Source of the DNA: Bacteroidales bacterium
Lineage (GTDB): Bacteria; Bacteroidota; Bacteroidia; Bacteroidales; GCA-2748055
Direction: 5' to 3'
DNA: 62,581 nt
NCBI GenBank assembly: GCA_040768485.1
Contig: JAXGMU010000002.1
Span: 106,285-168,865, forward strand
A model generated the notes under the pieces. The model worked only from the letters and a program-made list of their open reading frames with translations. It was not told where the DNA came from and ran no database searches. Below are positions 1-11,012 of this stretch, in pieces (position 1 is the stretch's first letter; every line of letters begins with the position of its first letter). The position numbers and the translations under genes were made by a program.

Positions 1-954
1 GTGGAAGGAGCCATGACCGCATTGCTGAAGGATGCCATCAAACCCAACCTGGTCCAGACCATCGAGGGCAATCCTGCCATTATTCACGGGGGACCCTTCG
101 CAAATATTGCACAGGGGACCAACTCGGTGATCGGCACCCGGATGGGTATGACCTTCTCGGAATACACCGTCACCGAGGCCGGATTCGGATTTGACCTGGG
201 GGCTGAGAAATTCTTTGACATCAAGTGCAAGAGTGCCGGACTGTCGCCAAAAGCCGTGGTGCTTACCGTGACCGTAAGGGCTCTGAAATACCACGGCGGA
301 GTGGAGCGGGACAAGCTTACCCAGCCGGATCCGGAGGCGGTGCAACGGGGATTGTGCAACATGGAAAAACACCTGGAGAACATCCGGCTCTTCAACGTGA
401 CCCCGGTGATCGCGCTGAACAGGTTTAGCTCTGACAGCCAGGAAGAGATCCGGGTGATCCTGGACAGGGCAAAGGCGCTGAACACGGAAATCGCCGTAGC
501 GGATGTATGGGCCAGCGGGGGAAAGGGAGCACTGGAACTCGCCGAAAAAGTGGTCAGGGTCGCCGAATCTGATCCTCCGCCTTTTACCCCGATGTATGAC
601 TGGGAATGGGATGTGAAGAAGAAGATTGGTACCCTGACTACCAAAATATACGGCGCGGAACATGTGGACTACACCCCCCAGGCCGGGAAAGATTTGAAAA
701 AGATCGCCGAACTGGGCCTTGAAAAGCTTCCGGTGTGCATCGCAAAAACACAGAATTCACTTTCCGACAATCCTTCCCTGCTCGGTCGTCCCAAGGATTT
801 CATCGTGACCGTCAGGGAGATCGAAATTGCTTCGGGGGCAGGATTCCTGATCCCCATCACCGGGAACATCATGCGCATGCCGGGATTGCCTGCCTTCCCC
901 GCCGCAGAACAGATCAACATTGACAATGAGGGAAACATCACCGGATTGATGTAA
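1..954 (+). CDS. fhs: Formate--tetrahydrofolate ligase, C-terminal part (5' end lies outside the window)
   Basis: LLKDAIKPNLVQT, HGGPFANIAQG, TEAGFGFDLGAEKFFDIKC, PVCIAKTQ.SLSD and IMRMPGLP are canonical FTHFS motifs. Confidence 0.97.
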   Translation: MEGAMTALLKDAIKPNLVQTIEGNPAIIHGGPFANIAQGTNSVIGTRMGMTFSEYTVTEAGFGFDLGAEKFFDIKCKSAGLSPKAVVLTVTVRALKYHGGVERDKLTQPDPEAVQRGLCNMEKHLENIRLFNVTPVIALNRFSSDSQEEIRVILDRAKALNTEIAVADVWASGGKGALELAEKVVRVAESDPPPFTPMYDWEWDVKKKIGTLTTKIYGAEHVDYTPQAGKDLKKIAELGLEKLPVCIAKTQNSLSDNPSLLGRPKDFIVTVREIEIASGAGFLIPITGNIMRMPGLPAFPAAEQINIDNEGNITGLM

Positions 955-976
955 TTCCCCTTAAACAGGAACGAGC

Positions 977-1816
977 ATGAAAACCATCTTACAAGGAAAG
1001 AGCAGGGAAGTGGCGATCGACACCGGCGGGCCCGTGGTGATCATCGGCGAGAGCATCAACCCCACCCGCAGGAAGAAACTGGTGGAAACCCTGTCGGAAC
1101 GCAATTTTGAATTCGTCCGGCAGTTGGCAGAGCAACAGATCGGGGAGGGTGCGGAAGTGCTGGACGTGAATGTGGGATACCCGGGAGTGGACGATGAATC
1201 GCTGTTGCCCGAAACTGTCTCCTTTCTGCAGGAAAACTTCGACATTCCCCTCTGCCTCGATTCCCCGAACCCGAAAGCCATTGAAGCCGCCCTGAAGGTT
1301 GCCGTGGGCAAGCCGCTGATCAACTCTGTCAACGGAGAGGAAAAATCGCTGCAGGCAATCCTTCCCCTGGCCAGAGAATACGGGGCGGCGGTCATCGGGC
1401 TGGTCATGGACGATGACGGGATCACCCACGATCCGGAGAAACGGCTGAAGATCGCTGAAAAAATCGTGGATCGTGCCGTCGCCATGGGGATCCGCAGGGA
1501 GAACGTGATCATCGATCCCATGGCCATGGCCGTGAGTGCGGATCCCACCGCCTGCCTGGTCACCCTGGAAACCATCAGGCTGGTCCGTGACCGGCTGGGA
1601 CTGAACATCACCCAGGGGGCGAGCAACATCTCCTTCGGGCTTCCGGGCAGGGAGGTTCTGAACGATGCCTACATGGCACTCTCCATCTGGAACGGGCTGA
1701 CCTGTCCCATTGCCAACCCGGTGAAGATCACCGCACTGGTAAAGGCAACGGACCTGGTCATGGCCAGGGATGATTATGCCATGCGCTTTGTGGAATATTT
1801 TCAGAACCGTTCCTGA
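977..1816 (+). CDS. Stand-alone pterin-binding methyltransferase (methyl-THF:corrinoid methyltransferase, AcsE / MetH pterin-domain-like)
   Basis: IIGESINPT, LDVNVG, LCLDS, LINSVNGE, IIDP and GASNISFGLP motifs of the Pterin_bind TIM barrel; lies between fhs and MTHFR. Confidence 0.88.
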   Translation: MKTILQGKSREVAIDTGGPVVIIGESINPTRRKKLVETLSERNFEFVRQLAEQQIGEGAEVLDVNVGYPGVDDESLLPETVSFLQENFDIPLCLDSPNPKAIEAALKVAVGKPLINSVNGEEKSLQAILPLAREYGAAVIGLVMDDDGITHDPEKRLKIAEKIVDRAVAMGIRRENVIIDPMAMAVSADPTACLVTLETIRLVRDRLGLNITQGASNISFGLPGREVLNDAYMALSIWNGLTCPIANPVKITALVKATDLVMARDDYAMRFVEYFQNRS

Positions 1817-3261
1817 TGGCACTGTTCACTCCGGGCAGAAGGTGGCAGCCACCTTTCCTTCCGTTCAAAAGGGAACCGTTCGGAAGACGCCTGCTGGCAA
1901 GGATCGAAAGGTGGACGAAAGGCCCGCTCTGGGGGTGCAGGATGTGCGGGAACTGCCTGCTGCAGGAGACCGCCTTCATCTGTCCCATGGAGTGCCCCAA
2001 GGGAATGAGGAACGGTCCCTGCGGAGGCTCAACCCCCGAAAGATGCTACGTGGATGAGACAAGGCCATGCATCTGGTACAGGATCTATGACCGGGCGTTC
2101 CGGATGGGCCGCGGGGAAAAACTGCTGGAGGTCCTGCCACCGCTGGACTGGGACAAGGCTGGGACGGAGACCTGGGGGGATGTGTTCCGTTCGGTAAGGA
2201 AATACGGCTCGGGAAAATTCCTGAAAAGCTTTCTTTCCCGGGACAGGGAAATAAAAACCGGTGCCTGGGAGGGGGTATTCAGGCCGGTGAGGCAGCCCGG
2301 CTGGTGGCAGGGTGATTCGGCGTACCATCCACCGGCCTCCCAGGAGCCGGTATCCAGGCTCGAGCGGGAGCTCAGAGCCGGGAAGTTTGTGATTACCACG
2401 GAGGTTTCACCTCCCCTGAGCACCGCCACCGGGAAGCTCAGAAGAGATATTGAGATGGTCCGCAACCTGGTCACCGCGGTCAATTTCACCGATAGCGCCT
2501 CGGCCAGTCCCCGCATGTCCAGCATGGCATGCTGCAAGGTGGCCGCGGAACTGGGAGCAGATCCGGTTCTTCAGATCGCGGCGCGGGACAAGACCCGCAG
2601 CGGACTGCAGGCAGATGTGGTGGGTGCCAATGTCCTGGGTGTGAAGAATGTGCTCTGCATCACGGGCGACCATGCAAGGATCGGACCCACCCCCACCAGC
2701 AACACGAACATCCTGGATATGGATGCGGTACAGATGCTCTGGATACTCAGAAGGATGCGGGATGAAGGCATATACCTGGACGGGCGGAAGATGAAATCAC
2801 CTCCCGCATTGTTTCTTGGTGCCGCTGCCTCGCCCTTTGCGTCTGAACCACATTTCCAGGCCCTCCGGGAACAGAAAAAAGTCAATGCGGGGGCGCAGTT
2901 CTTCCAGACCAACGTGATCTTCGACCCCCAAGGACTGGAAACCTGGCTGGAAGCACTGTATAAAAGGGATGTGCTGAACAAGGTTTACATCCTGGCCGGG
3001 GTGATCCCCATCCGCAGCAAGCGGATGGCGCATTACCTGCACGACACGATCCCCGGGGTCAGGGTCCCGGAATGGATTCTGAACCGTTTCGAAGAAACCC
3101 GGGAAGATGACTGGGAAGAACTGGGTGTGGAGATCGCGCTGGATCTCATTGAACAGATCAGAACAAAACAGGGCATCCACGGGTTGCATCTGATGTCGGT
3201 GGGATGGGAGGCAATTGTGCCCCGCATCATCGGGGAAGCAGGGCTTATTCCGTCACCCTGA
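1816..3261 (+). CDS. metF: Methylenetetrahydrofolate reductase with N-terminal Cys-rich MetV-like domain (MetV-MetF fusion)
   Basis: N-terminal CRMCGNC...CPMECPKGMRNGPCGG...C...CIW (MTHFR_C/MetV-type). C-terminal ITTEVSPP, NFTD, RDKTR, LCITGD and GAQFFQTN (MetF). 1-bp overlap with the upstream stop. Confidence 0.9.
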   Translation: MALFTPGRRWQPPFLPFKREPFGRRLLARIERWTKGPLWGCRMCGNCLLQETAFICPMECPKGMRNGPCGGSTPERCYVDETRPCIWYRIYDRAFRMGRGEKLLEVLPPLDWDKAGTETWGDVFRSVRKYGSGKFLKSFLSRDREIKTGAWEGVFRPVRQPGWWQGDSAYHPPASQEPVSRLERELRAGKFVITTEVSPPLSTATGKLRRDIEMVRNLVTAVNFTDSASASPRMSSMACCKVAAELGADPVLQIAARDKTRSGLQADVVGANVLGVKNVLCITGDHARIGPTPTSNTNILDMDAVQMLWILRRMRDEGIYLDGRKMKSPPALFLGAAASPFASEPHFQALREQKKVNAGAQFFQTNVIFDPQGLETWLEALYKRDVLNKVYILAGVIPIRSKRMAHYLHDTIPGVRVPEWILNRFEETREDDWEELGVEIALDLIEQIRTKQGIHGLHLMSVGWEAIVPRIIGEAGLIPSP

Positions 3262-5467
3262 AAGTACCCGTCACCATCTCAACCCCCAGTTCCCTGCTCC
3301 GTTCGCCGGGTGATGCATTCCCCACATGCACCCTGTATGTCCCGGGAACGACCACGGGATTTCCACCCTCATCGAACTGTACCAGGTCCTCCCTGTCCAG
3401 TTCAAAGGTGACCCCGGCCGTTGAACCGGCCTGCAGCGAGACCCGCCTGAAATCCCTCAGCGACCAGCGGGGCTGTTCAATCCGGCCTTCAGGAGTAGAA
3501 ACATAGAGCTGGACCACCTCCTCGGCATCCGTCTCCCCCCTGTTTTCTACCTTCACCGAAACCTGCAGGGTTTCCCGGGAGGAGATCTCTTCCGCACCCA
3601 TGACCAGCTCCCCGATACCGAATTCCGTGTAGGAAAGGCCGTATCCGAAAGGGTACAGCGGTTTGGAGGTCATGTACCTGTAGGTGCGGCCCTTCATGGA
3701 ATAGTCCTCGAATGCCGGGAGCTGGTCGGCCGATACCGGAAAGGTGACGGGCAGTTTGCCGGAGGGTGCCCGCTTTCCGAAGATCACATCTGCCACGGCA
3801 TTGCCCCCCTCCTGTCCCGGGTACCACACCCAGAGGATGGCATCGGCCAGTTCTTCCACCTCCGGCATGGTGATGGGACTTCCCCCTGTCATCACCACGA
3901 TCAGCGGATTATCATTGGCAGCCCTGATCTCCTTCAGAAATGCAAGCTGGCTGGGGGGAAGGTTCAGATCTAACCGGTCTCCCTTGGAAGGAGATGCAAT
4001 GGAAGCCCCCTCCTCTCCTTCCAGAAGTCCCGAAATACCCATCACGGCAATCGTGGCATCCGCCCTCTCAACGTCCCCGAGGGTATAGTTCATGGGATTG
4101 AGGTTTTCCCTGTAGGCAAGGACCCCGTACCTGTAATTCATTGTGGTCCCTGCACTCACCCTGGAGGTGATCCCCTCCAGGATATTCACCAGGGAACCGC
4201 TCATTCCGTAATAATTACCGAGCAGCACTTCACCGGTATTGGCCTGGGGACCCGTTACGAAGAGGAATCTGATCTCCGGGTCAAGGGGCAGCACGTGACC
4301 TTCGTTCTTCAATAAAACAAGTGACTTGACTGCAGATTCATATGCCAGTTCCAGATGCGATTCACTGTTGATGATGCTTTCATCCACATCATTGTAGGGA
4401 TTCATTTCCGGCGGATCGAACAAGCCCAGCTCAAACCGGGTGATAAACAGTGTGGCAAACCGTTCATCGATGGTCTCCCCGGTGACCAGCCCCTGTTTCA
4501 GGGCTTCCCCCAAAAACGGATAGGTATCCCCGCAATTGAGGCTCACTCCCATATTCAGGGCAAGCGCGGCCGATTCAGCAGGGGTATCCGTTACCCCGTG
4601 ATCCCTGTAGATGTCCTGCAGCGCCCAGCAGTCACTCAGGATATGTCCCTTAAAATTCCAGCGATCCATGAGAATTTCCCGCAGCAGCAGCCGGCTCGCA
4701 CAGGCAGGCTCGCCATTCACCCGGTTATAGGCCCCCATGACCGCTTCCACGTTTGCTTCCGTTACCAGCGCCTTGAATGCGGGCAAATAGGTTTCGTGAA
4801 GATCCTTCATGCCGACAACCGCGTCAAATTCATGCCGAATGGCTTCGGGACCCGAATGCACTGCATAATGCTTTGCACATGCCCCTGTCTTCAGGTATTT
4901 CGGATGATCGCCCTGCAATCCTCTGACACAGGCTGTCCCCAGCCGGGACGTGAGGAAGGGATCTTCCCCATAGGTCTCCATTCCCCTGCCCCATCTGGGA
5001 TCCCTGAAAATGTTGATGTTGGGGGTCCAGAAGGTAAGTCCGGCATACCGTCCCCGGTTCCCGATTTCCTGCGACATCCTGAACTTCGCCCTGGCTTCAT
5101 CTGAAATGGCACTGAACACCCTGTATATCAAATCTTCATCGAAGGTAGCCGCCAGGCCGATGGTCTGGGGAAATACCGTGGCCCTGCCGTTGCGGGCCAC
5201 CCCGTGAAGTGCCTCGTTCCACCAGTTGTACTGCGGGATACCGAGCCGTTCGACAGCCGGTGCATCATACACCAGCTGGCCGATCTTCTCTTCTGTGGTC
5301 ATCTCATCCATCAGCATGGATAATCTTTCTTCAAAAGAGATGGCAGGATCGTACCAGGGGTAATCGTACCCATTGTTTTCCCCTGCACTTTTTTGATGGC
5401 CGCACCCGGTGAGGGCCACCAGGGAGAAGAGCATGACCAGGTACCTGATCAGGAACAGATGCTTCAT
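3245..5467 (-). CDS. Glycoside hydrolase family 3 (beta-xylosidase/beta-glucosidase), lipoprotein
   Basis: WWNEALHGVAR, WTPNINIFRDPRWGRGMETYGEDP, CAKHYAVH, SDCWA nucleophile region, YPFGYGLSY, Fn3-like tail; lipobox LTGC. Confidence 0.95.
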   Translation of the reverse strand: MKHLFLIRYLVMLFSLVALTGCGHQKSAGENNGYDYPWYDPAISFEERLSMLMDEMTTEEKIGQLVYDAPAVERLGIPQYNWWNEALHGVARNGRATVFPQTIGLAATFDEDLIYRVFSAISDEARAKFRMSQEIGNRGRYAGLTFWTPNINIFRDPRWGRGMETYGEDPFLTSRLGTACVRGLQGDHPKYLKTGACAKHYAVHSGPEAIRHEFDAVVGMKDLHETYLPAFKALVTEANVEAVMGAYNRVNGEPACASRLLLREILMDRWNFKGHILSDCWALQDIYRDHGVTDTPAESAALALNMGVSLNCGDTYPFLGEALKQGLVTGETIDERFATLFITRFELGLFDPPEMNPYNDVDESIINSESHLELAYESAVKSLVLLKNEGHVLPLDPEIRFLFVTGPQANTGEVLLGNYYGMSGSLVNILEGITSRVSAGTTMNYRYGVLAYRENLNPMNYTLGDVERADATIAVMGISGLLEGEEGASIASPSKGDRLDLNLPPSQLAFLKEIRAANDNPLIVVMTGGSPITMPEVEELADAILWVWYPGQEGGNAVADVIFGKRAPSGKLPVTFPVSADQLPAFEDYSMKGRTYRYMTSKPLYPFGYGLSYTEFGIGELVMGAEEISSRETLQVSVKVENRGETDAEEVVQLYVSTPEGRIEQPRWSLRDFRRVSLQAGSTAGVTFELDREDLVQFDEGGNPVVVPGTYRVHVGNASPGERSRELGVEMVTGTFRVTE

Positions 5468-5470
5468 GTC

Positions 5471-7501
<2,031 letters not shown>

Positions 7502-7700
7502 TCATTCATTTTGTTAAACAACACATCCTGGCTGTCTCAAAAAGCCATATTCATGATCCTTAAAAAACCTTTGAAATCGGCCCGGTTTCAGAATCCTTTT
7601 CCGGGTGCCTTACCCGCCCTGCAGAATTACCGTGAAATAAACTGTTTAAACAACTATTAATCAGATATATAATAACCAAAGGCCGTTTTCTCAATGGTTC

Positions 7701-7714
7701 TGCTAAATTTAGCA
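7701..7714. promoter_or_regulatory. Perfect 14-bp palindrome TGCTAAATTTAGCA in the AT-rich region upstream of gyrB (candidate operator)
   Basis: Self-complementary sequence read directly; a second 10-bp palindrome TGTTTAAACA lies at 7643-7652. Confidence 0.35.
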
Positions 7715-7779
7715 AAAAATATTGGTATTCCCATATGTGAAATACTTGAGAACCAGATAAGTTATTAACATTTTGCGGC

Positions 7780-8499
7780 TTAATTCTTTGTACCGAAATC
7801 AAGTTTGTGGGAAACCTCCCTTATCACCCTTCCCGCGAGACGCGAGCGGTATTTCTCCATAAATTCCCTTACAGCATCCGGATCCCTTTTTGAAAGTTCG
7901 CGAAGTGCCCATGAGAGGGCCTTCTGGATCATCTCATGGTGATCACCAACCACATGCTCACAAACCCGCAGGGTCCGCTCTGTGTCCCCGGTCCCACCCC
8001 TTGATTTCAGGTTCAGCGCGACCGTGGAAACCACCCCGAGCCTCCTTTGCCAGTGATCATCCGATCCCAGCAGCCTGGTGACCTGTATGTCTTTTACCAC
8101 GCCCTTCCTCCAGAGCACACCCACGATCCCCACCCCGAAACTGTCTACCGAACCCCAGTTGTCCAGATGTTTTCCCAGCTCCTGCAGGTCCCCCGCCGTC
8201 ACCGATGCGAGTATCCTTCTATTTCTGGCGATCAGGTCATAGGCCAGGCCCTGGCACTCAAAAATGCCTGTGGCCACAAGGGCCTTGCTGAGTGCGATCC
8301 ATTCCCGCCCGTTCCAGTCACCGTACCTTTGCTTCAGTGCCCGGCTCATCGCCCTGAGTTGGGGGACAGGGACACCCAGCACGCGCATGGAGGTGGGTGC
8401 ATAATATACTGATTTTGCTGCCCTTTCAGGACGCCCCATCTTCTCCAGCGCATCCACAATATCTTCTGCAGCAGCCTGGATCTTCAGGTCCTTTTCCAT
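7780..8499 (-). CDS. DNA alkylation repair protein (AlkD-like HEAT-repeat family)
   Basis: LGVPVPQLR, LDNWGSVD, SDDHWQRR and MIQKALSWALRELSKRDP are typical of DNA_alkylation/AlkD proteins. Confidence 0.88.
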   Translation of the reverse strand: MEKDLKIQAAAEDIVDALEKMGRPERAAKSVYYAPTSMRVLGVPVPQLRAMSRALKQRYGDWNGREWIALSKALVATGIFECQGLAYDLIARNRRILASVTAGDLQELGKHLDNWGSVDSFGVGIVGVLWRKGVVKDIQVTRLLGSDDHWQRRLGVVSTVALNLKSRGGTGDTERTLRVCEHVVGDHHEMIQKALSWALRELSKRDPDAVREFMEKYRSRLAGRVIREVSHKLDFGTKN

Positions 8500-8592
8500 C
8501 AATAATAATAAAATAATTGAATTACTAAATATAATATATTTTATGACCTATTTCTATAGATATGCACTATTTAATTTATATCACTTGCAACA

Positions 8593-9309
8593 TCAGAGAT
8601 CCCCGGAAACAAAGAACTGTTCCAGGCCTTTTACAAATTTACCCAGGCTGGGCATCTTTTCCGCCAGTCCGTGCGTGAAGTAGTGCAGGTCCAGTTTATT
8701 GACCACCGCGTACAGCCGGTCCCGTTTCTTCGTGTAGTCATGTCCAACCAGCCGGTAGATCGCTTTCATGTCCTGCGACGGACAATCCCTCTCCTCCATG
8801 TTCCCGGTGGCCGGATTAAAACCGAGGTGCTTCTCGATGAAGGCAGGGGTGAGCCTTTTGGATACTTTCTTGAGGTGTTTGTGTTCCCCCAGGAACCAGG
8901 CCTCTATCTCCATAATAGCCAGATAAATGTGAGTGAAGGCCTTTTTCTGCGGAAGCTTGTAGTTCAGTCCCCGGAGCAGCTTCCCCACCTCCTCCCTGCT
9001 GAAATTGGGATACACATCCCTCAGCCCGATCACCATGTTGTACCCGTTGGAAACCAGCTTTTCCCGGTGCGCCAGCAAGTACCCTTTCACGTTGCTTTCA
9101 CCCCCGCAATCATAAATCAGCACATAATAATCCGTGAAGTTGTCAACATGTGCTGCCTTCATCACGGTGAATGACATCCTGACATTGTGACCGCCCGTGA
9201 TCTTCACGGTCTGCACCGCGATCCTGTGTTTGTCCATCACGGAGTCGAGCAGGCGCCTGACCAGGATCTGCTCGGTAAGACCTTCTACAAAAATGGCAAG
9301 CTTCCTCAT
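8593..9309 (-). CDS. DUF4276-like / TOPRIM-fold putative nuclease partner of an ABC ATPase
   Basis: N-terminal FVEGLTE, central GLRDVYP, and MEIEAWFLGE; ATGA overlap with the upstream ATPase. Confidence 0.65.
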   Translation of the reverse strand: MRKLAIFVEGLTEQILVRRLLDSVMDKHRIAVQTVKITGGHNVRMSFTVMKAAHVDNFTDYYVLIYDCGGESNVKGYLLAHREKLVSNGYNMVIGLRDVYPNFSREEVGKLLRGLNYKLPQKKAFTHIYLAIMEIEAWFLGEHKHLKKVSKRLTPAFIEKHLGFNPATGNMEERDCPSQDMKAIYRLVGHDYTKKRDRLYAVVNKLDLHYFTHGLAEKMPSLGKFVKGLEQFFVSGDL

Positions 9310-10484
9310 TCTTCCGGTTCCCCGTCTTTTTCATCCTCCAGGTCAGCATCCCTGAAACCGGATTTGAAAAATTCGCTCGCATAAAAATCGAAATTATTGA
9401 GCCCCGTATATTTAAATTCCTCAAAGATCTCCCTGGAATTCTCGTAATTGAACAGGCTGATCTTGTTCCCTTCACGCTGAAGCACCGCCCAGTTCTTGAT
9501 ATCCACCGCATTCATGATGAAGGAGTCATTGGTGGACATGATCAGCTGGATGGAAGATTGTGCTGCCTTTTCGATCAGGAGCTGCACCAGCTGGGTGGCA
9601 CGCTTGAAATCCAGGCCCTCCCCGATATCATCGATGATCACCAGTCCCTCCCTCCCGCACAGCATGTAATAGTTGAGCTGGACGAGTACGGAGAAGGCCC
9701 TGAACATGCCCTGGGAAATGTCCCGCTGGGTGACCTGTTTTTCCAGTCCCGTCTCGGTCACATACACCGCATACCTGTCCTCGCTGCTCTTGCTGAACGG
9801 CTCCGAAAAACGGATGATTCCAAAATCCTCCAGCTCGTAATCAATCTCCTTCATATCCTTCAGCACCAGCTCCTTGAATGTGTCATTCCGGGAGGTGGCG
9901 ACCGATACGATGGGCACCAGTGAATTCCTTGTCACGCCCAGGTCAAGCTCCTTTTCCTCAAAGGAAGATTTCAGGGCATACCGGTTTTTTCCCAGTTCAC
10001 CGCTGAAATCAAACCTCCGCATGTTGATGGCCCAGTCATGCAGCCGCTCAATGAAAGGATGCTGGAGCCGGTCCCTCTTGGCATAACACGCCAGCTGTTC
10101 ATGGGGGATCCCGAAATCCAGGAAAATGGATCCGGGTGTGGCCTCATACTTGATCCTCCCCTTCCCTTCATCCCCCCTGTCCAGCACCAGCTCATCATTC
10201 ACATACATCCGTTCCAGGTGGACGGTATCCAGATCGTATTCCAGCTGGTACCGCATCTCATTATCCCCGTTGCGGAAAAGCACCCTGTATGTAACCGGTC
10301 CCCCGGCACTGGTCCCCTTCCCCAGCAGCATCCCCACCAGATCCGAAAGCGCATTCAGTGTCCTGGTCTTGCCGCTGGCATTCTTGCCCACCACCAGGTT
10401 GATCTCCCCGAGGCTCACCTGATCGATCAGCCATTCGATTTTTTTTCCTGCATTTTCACGGAAGGAGAATTGACGGAGGTACAT
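9306..10484 (-). CDS. Soluble ABC-type (AAA_15/AAA_21-like) ATPase; probable start MYLRQF at 10484
   Basis: Walker A GKNASGKT, signature ISQGMFR, Walker B IIDDIGEGLD, switch STNDS; no transmembrane segments. The longer ORF to 10631 only translates the upstream repeats. Confidence 0.85.
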   Translation of the reverse strand: MYLRQFSFRENAGKKIEWLIDQVSLGEINLVVGKNASGKTRTLNALSDLVGMLLGKGTSAGGPVTYRVLFRNGDNEMRYQLEYDLDTVHLERMYVNDELVLDRGDEGKGRIKYEATPGSIFLDFGIPHEQLACYAKRDRLQHPFIERLHDWAINMRRFDFSGELGKNRYALKSSFEEKELDLGVTRNSLVPIVSVATSRNDTFKELVLKDMKEIDYELEDFGIIRFSEPFSKSSEDRYAVYVTETGLEKQVTQRDISQGMFRAFSVLVQLNYYMLCGREGLVIIDDIGEGLDFKRATQLVQLLIEKAAQSSIQLIMSTNDSFIMNAVDIKNWAVLQREGNKISLFNYENSREIFEEFKYTGLNNFDFYASEFFKSGFRDADLEDEKDGEPEE

Positions 10485-10529
10485 GGTGGAAGGAGTTAGA
10501 TGAGTTAGTGAGTTAGATGGGTTAGGTTT

Positions 10530-10580
10530 GTTAGAGTTGTTAGAGTTGTTAGAGTTGTTAGAGTTGTTAGAGTTGTTAGA
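10530..10580. repeat. 9-bp tandem repeat (GTTAGAGTT) x5.7, preceded by degenerate GAGTTAG units from 10493
   Basis: Read directly from the sequence. Confidence 0.95.
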
Positions 10581-10645
10581 TAAGGTAATAAAGTTAGTTT
10601 TTTTGGCTGATTTTATAAGGAGAAAGCGCATTAAATGGGAAAAAG

Positions 10646-10976
10646 ATGGATTTAAGCAGATTTAGAATCATTGAGATTTCGGACAGGCTTTCTGATGATA
10701 TCTGGGATGAGGTCCAGCAGTGGAACCGGTTTGATCAGGACACCATCGGAAAACAGCTTGCGAGGGCGGCAGATTCTGTCTCGGCAAACCTGAGCGAGGC
10801 ATACGGCAGGTATACATTTCCTGACAGGAAGCGGTTTTCATATATTGCCAGGGGGTCTCTGTGTGAAACACTGAATTGGATCGGAAAAGCGACAAGGAGG
10901 AATTTGCTGGATACAAAACTCGGTGATGAATTACTACATCCGAAGTCTTGACCGAAACCCGACCAACACTTCCTGA
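10646..10976 (+). pseudogene. Four-helix-bundle protein (23S rRNA IVS protein / Avd-like family), C-terminus frameshifted or internally deleted
   Basis: QLARAADSVSANLSEAYGR and FSYIARGSLCET are family motifs. The frame stops at 10951, but a family-like tail MNYYIRSLDRNPTNTS* runs in the +1 frame at 10926-10976. Confidence 0.75.
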
Positions 10977-11012
10977 TCCCTTCCTGATCCCTTCCTGAGC
11001 CCTTCCTGAGCC
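10969..11012. repeat. 11-bp tandem repeat (CTTCCTGAKCC) x4
   Basis: cttcctgatcc x2 followed by cttcctgagcc x2. Confidence 0.95.

Noticed and set aside
977-1816. Dihydropteroate synthase (folP)
   Set aside because: It shares the pterin-binding barrel but has GASNISFGLP and lacks the FolP motifs TPDSFSDG and SRK; the context indicates a methyltransferase.
10485-10631. 49-aa N-terminal extension of the ATPase ORF (SNNSNNSNN...)
   Set aside because: It is simply the translation of the 9-bp tandem array; the ATPase fold starts at MYLRQF (10484).
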